A stretch of DNA of 64,000 bases from assembly GCF_030144855.1 (NCBI RefSeq), contig NC_082712.1, forward strand, positions 10,106,001 to 10,170,000. The letters are read 5' to 3'. The notes beneath the pieces were generated by a model. The model saw only the letters and a list, made by a program, of their open reading frames with translations. It did not search any database and had not been told where the DNA came from. The DNA is from Hypanus sabinus (taxonomy: Eukaryota). Position 1 is the first letter of the stretch, and the number at the start of each line of letters is the position of its first letter. Made by a program: the position numbers and the translations under genes. This document shows positions 61,470 through 64,000 of this stretch, one piece after another.

Positions 61470-62300
61470 AGATGTGCTGGGGGCAGCCAGCAAGTTTAGT
61501 TACAATTGAAGGTTGGATCTTAGCGAGTGCTTCACCTGAAACCAATCAATTCATCAGCCCCTCCGCTGCCCTCGACCCCGCAAGTGCACCAGCTTTTCCT
61601 CCGTTTCCCTCTCAGAAACAGTCCCTCCTCTAACCTCAGCCCTCAACGAGCGTGCCCGAGATCCACCTCCCTGTAACCCCCTCATGTCCAGTCCCTCTTC
61701 TTCCACCCACCTACCACCCTGACCAAGTTAACAATTGTAGGCTATTCGGTCATCGGGCCCCACTTCACCAGTCTGCACATTCATGATTGAGAATCCACTT
61801 CTGTGCGAAGTGACAAAAATGTCAGTTCTCTATTCGGGTGAAAAGAAATTTCTGCTTAATCTGTAAGTTCGTCACACTCAGAAGTCGAGTAATTTCTGCT
61901 GATCTCGGACTGGTACGTTGTGTCCCAAGAGTGTGGCCACAGATTCTGGAATTTAAAATTAGTGTAAGGAAATTAGTGTCAATAATGAATACCCTACCCT
62001 GAGAAAGACAGAAGGACCCTGCAAAGGCTACACTAGAGTCCATCACCCACTGCTCAGAGTTTGGGCCATTTCGCTTAACTGCTCCTTACTTTCTCACCCT
62101 GAAATTCTGACTTTTTCACTGGCTATGGAAGGTCGAGGAACTGTTAAACCACAAAACTGATACTTATGACTCAAAGGAATCAGGAGACCGAGCAGAGCGC
62201 AAAGTTATTCCTTGAACTTAAAGGAACAACAGCAAAGCGTGTGTCACTGCTCTCATTACATTTCGTGTAACACAAACTTCCTCCGATTTTCAAGCTGCCA
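61470..62300. repeat. Unclassified module, copy 4
   Basis: Same block order and orientation as copy 1. Confidence 0.8.
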
Positions 62301-62719
62301 TAACCCTCTCCTAGCACATACCACGCGGCACCCCCTCCGGAATTGAAAGGATTAACAAGTGGAGAGCATTTGGTGGCTCTGGGATTCTATTTGCCCACCA
62401 GTTGTTGGGAAGGTGTTTCCTACAGTGAGCGAGTCCGTGACCAGAGTGCACAGCCTCTGTTCGTCCATTTGTAACGAAGATGAGAAAGGATTTCACTAGA
62501 CGGAGAGTAAAGAAGCTGTAGACTTCGGTGCCATAGAAGGCTGTGGAGACCATGACATTGTGTATATTTAAAGCTGAGATTGGTTGGTTCTTGATTAGTC
62601 AGGGTGTCAGTTATTACCGGAATAAGGCAGAAAAATGTGGTTGAGGGCAATAATAAATAAATCATGATTTAGTCATTGGTAGGGTTCGATGGATCGAATG
62701 TCCTAATTCTGCTCTTGAG

Positions 62720-63940
62720 TCTTATGTTCTTTTTTATACATGGGAGAAGAATTGACCCATTCCATCTGCTCTGCCATTCAATTATGGCTGATCCTTTCAA
62801 TCTCGTTCAATCTCTTCCTTACATAACCCAACGACCTGGCCTCCACAGCTGTCTGTAGTTAAAAATCACTGATGTCCTCTACCCTCTCGCTAAAGGAATT
62901 TATCTGCATCTCTGTTTTAAATGTATGCCGCTCTATTCTGAAGCCGTGGCCTCTTGTCCGAGACTCCCCCACCATGGGTAACATGCTTTCCACATCTACT
63001 CTGTCTCGGCCTTTCAACATTCAACATTCGAAAGGTTTCACTGTGATTCCCTCCTCATCCTTTTCAATTCCAGCGAGTACAGATCCAGAGCCGTCAAACG
63101 TTCCATGTAGGATAACCCTTTCATTCCCAGAATCTGCCTTGTGAACCTCTTCTTAACCTTCTCCAATGCAAGCACATCCTTCCTCAGGTAAAGAACACAA
63201 AACTGTTCACAATACTCAAGGTGAGGCCTCCCCAGTGCCTTATAAAGCCTCAGAAACACATCCTGATTTTGTATTCTAGACCTCTGAAAATGAATGCTAA
63301 TATTGGATTTTGCCTTCCGCACTACTGACTCAACCTGCAAGTTAATCTTTAGGGTGTGCTGCACGAGGACTCCCAAGTTCCTTTGCATTTCAGGGATTTA
63401 GGAATTACTCCTCGTTTGGAAAATAGTCTGCGCGTTTATTTCGTCTACCGAAGTGCATGACCATGCATTTTCCAACATTGTATTTCATTTGCCCATTCTC
63501 CTAATTTGTATCAGTACATCCTTGTTGTTTCCTCAGCACTACCACCAATCTTCGCATCATCTTCTATCATTGGCAACAAATCCATTTATTCCATCATCTA
63601 AATCATTGATATACAGCATAAAAAGAAGTGATCCCAACACTGATCCATGCAGAACACCACTAGTCACTGGCAGCCAACCAGAAAAAGATCCTTTCTTTCC
63701 AACTCGCTTCCTCCTACCAATCAGCCAATGCTCTAAACAGGGTAGTAACTTTCCTGTTAGACAATGGGCTCTTAACTTTGTAAGCAGCCGCATGTGTGCC
63801 ACCTTGTCAAAGACTTTCTGAAAGTCCAAATATGCAACTTTTTTAGCATCACTTTATCTATCCTACATGTAATTTCCTCAAAGAATTCCAGTAGATTCGT
63901 CAGGCAAGATTTCCCTTAATGAAACCATACTGCGTTTTTT
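62720..63940 (-). mobile_element. CR1 RT to 3' end
   Basis: MDFQKVFDKV, VLHGSVLG, LYINDLDD, RPHLEYC motifs. Confidence 0.85.
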
Positions 63941-64000
63941 CCTATCTTACTTTCTTTTTCAATCTTTTTATTGAATTTTTCAAAAACAAATACGTAACGG

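Overview
Vertebrate genomic DNA, most likely from a cartilaginous fish (inferred from the repeat landscape). It is AT-rich, has two N gaps, and is dominated by decayed retroelements: CR1, L1/Tx1-like, Rex1/Babar, RTE, Penelope-like elements (PLEs) with hammerhead-ribozyme terminal repeats, a Gmr1-like Gypsy element, several solo LTRs with target-site duplications (TSDs), SINEs and a Tc1 end. The only host gene content found is a minus-strand SIGLEC15-like Ig-superfamily receptor locus, assembled by hand from splice sites. It has a signal-peptide exon (34921-34861) and a relic V fragment (~33.3 kb). One V-set exon (21951-21568) keeps the Siglec Arg (YRCRVE) but carries an in-frame TAG. A second, intact V-set exon (15802-15413) lacks that Arg and has a long His-rich F-G loop. 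A transmembrane exon (14311-14209) carries a Lys. The introns hold an 81-bp tandem array with a consensus splice donor in each unit and a ~38-40-bp purine-skewed satellite split by LTR insertions. An unexplained ~0.8-kb module occurs four times in the same orientation. No prokaryotic genes, CRISPR arrays, rRNA or tRNA genes were found. Repeat boundaries are approximate unless a TSD or splice site is quoted. All family assignments come from motif recognition, not database searches.
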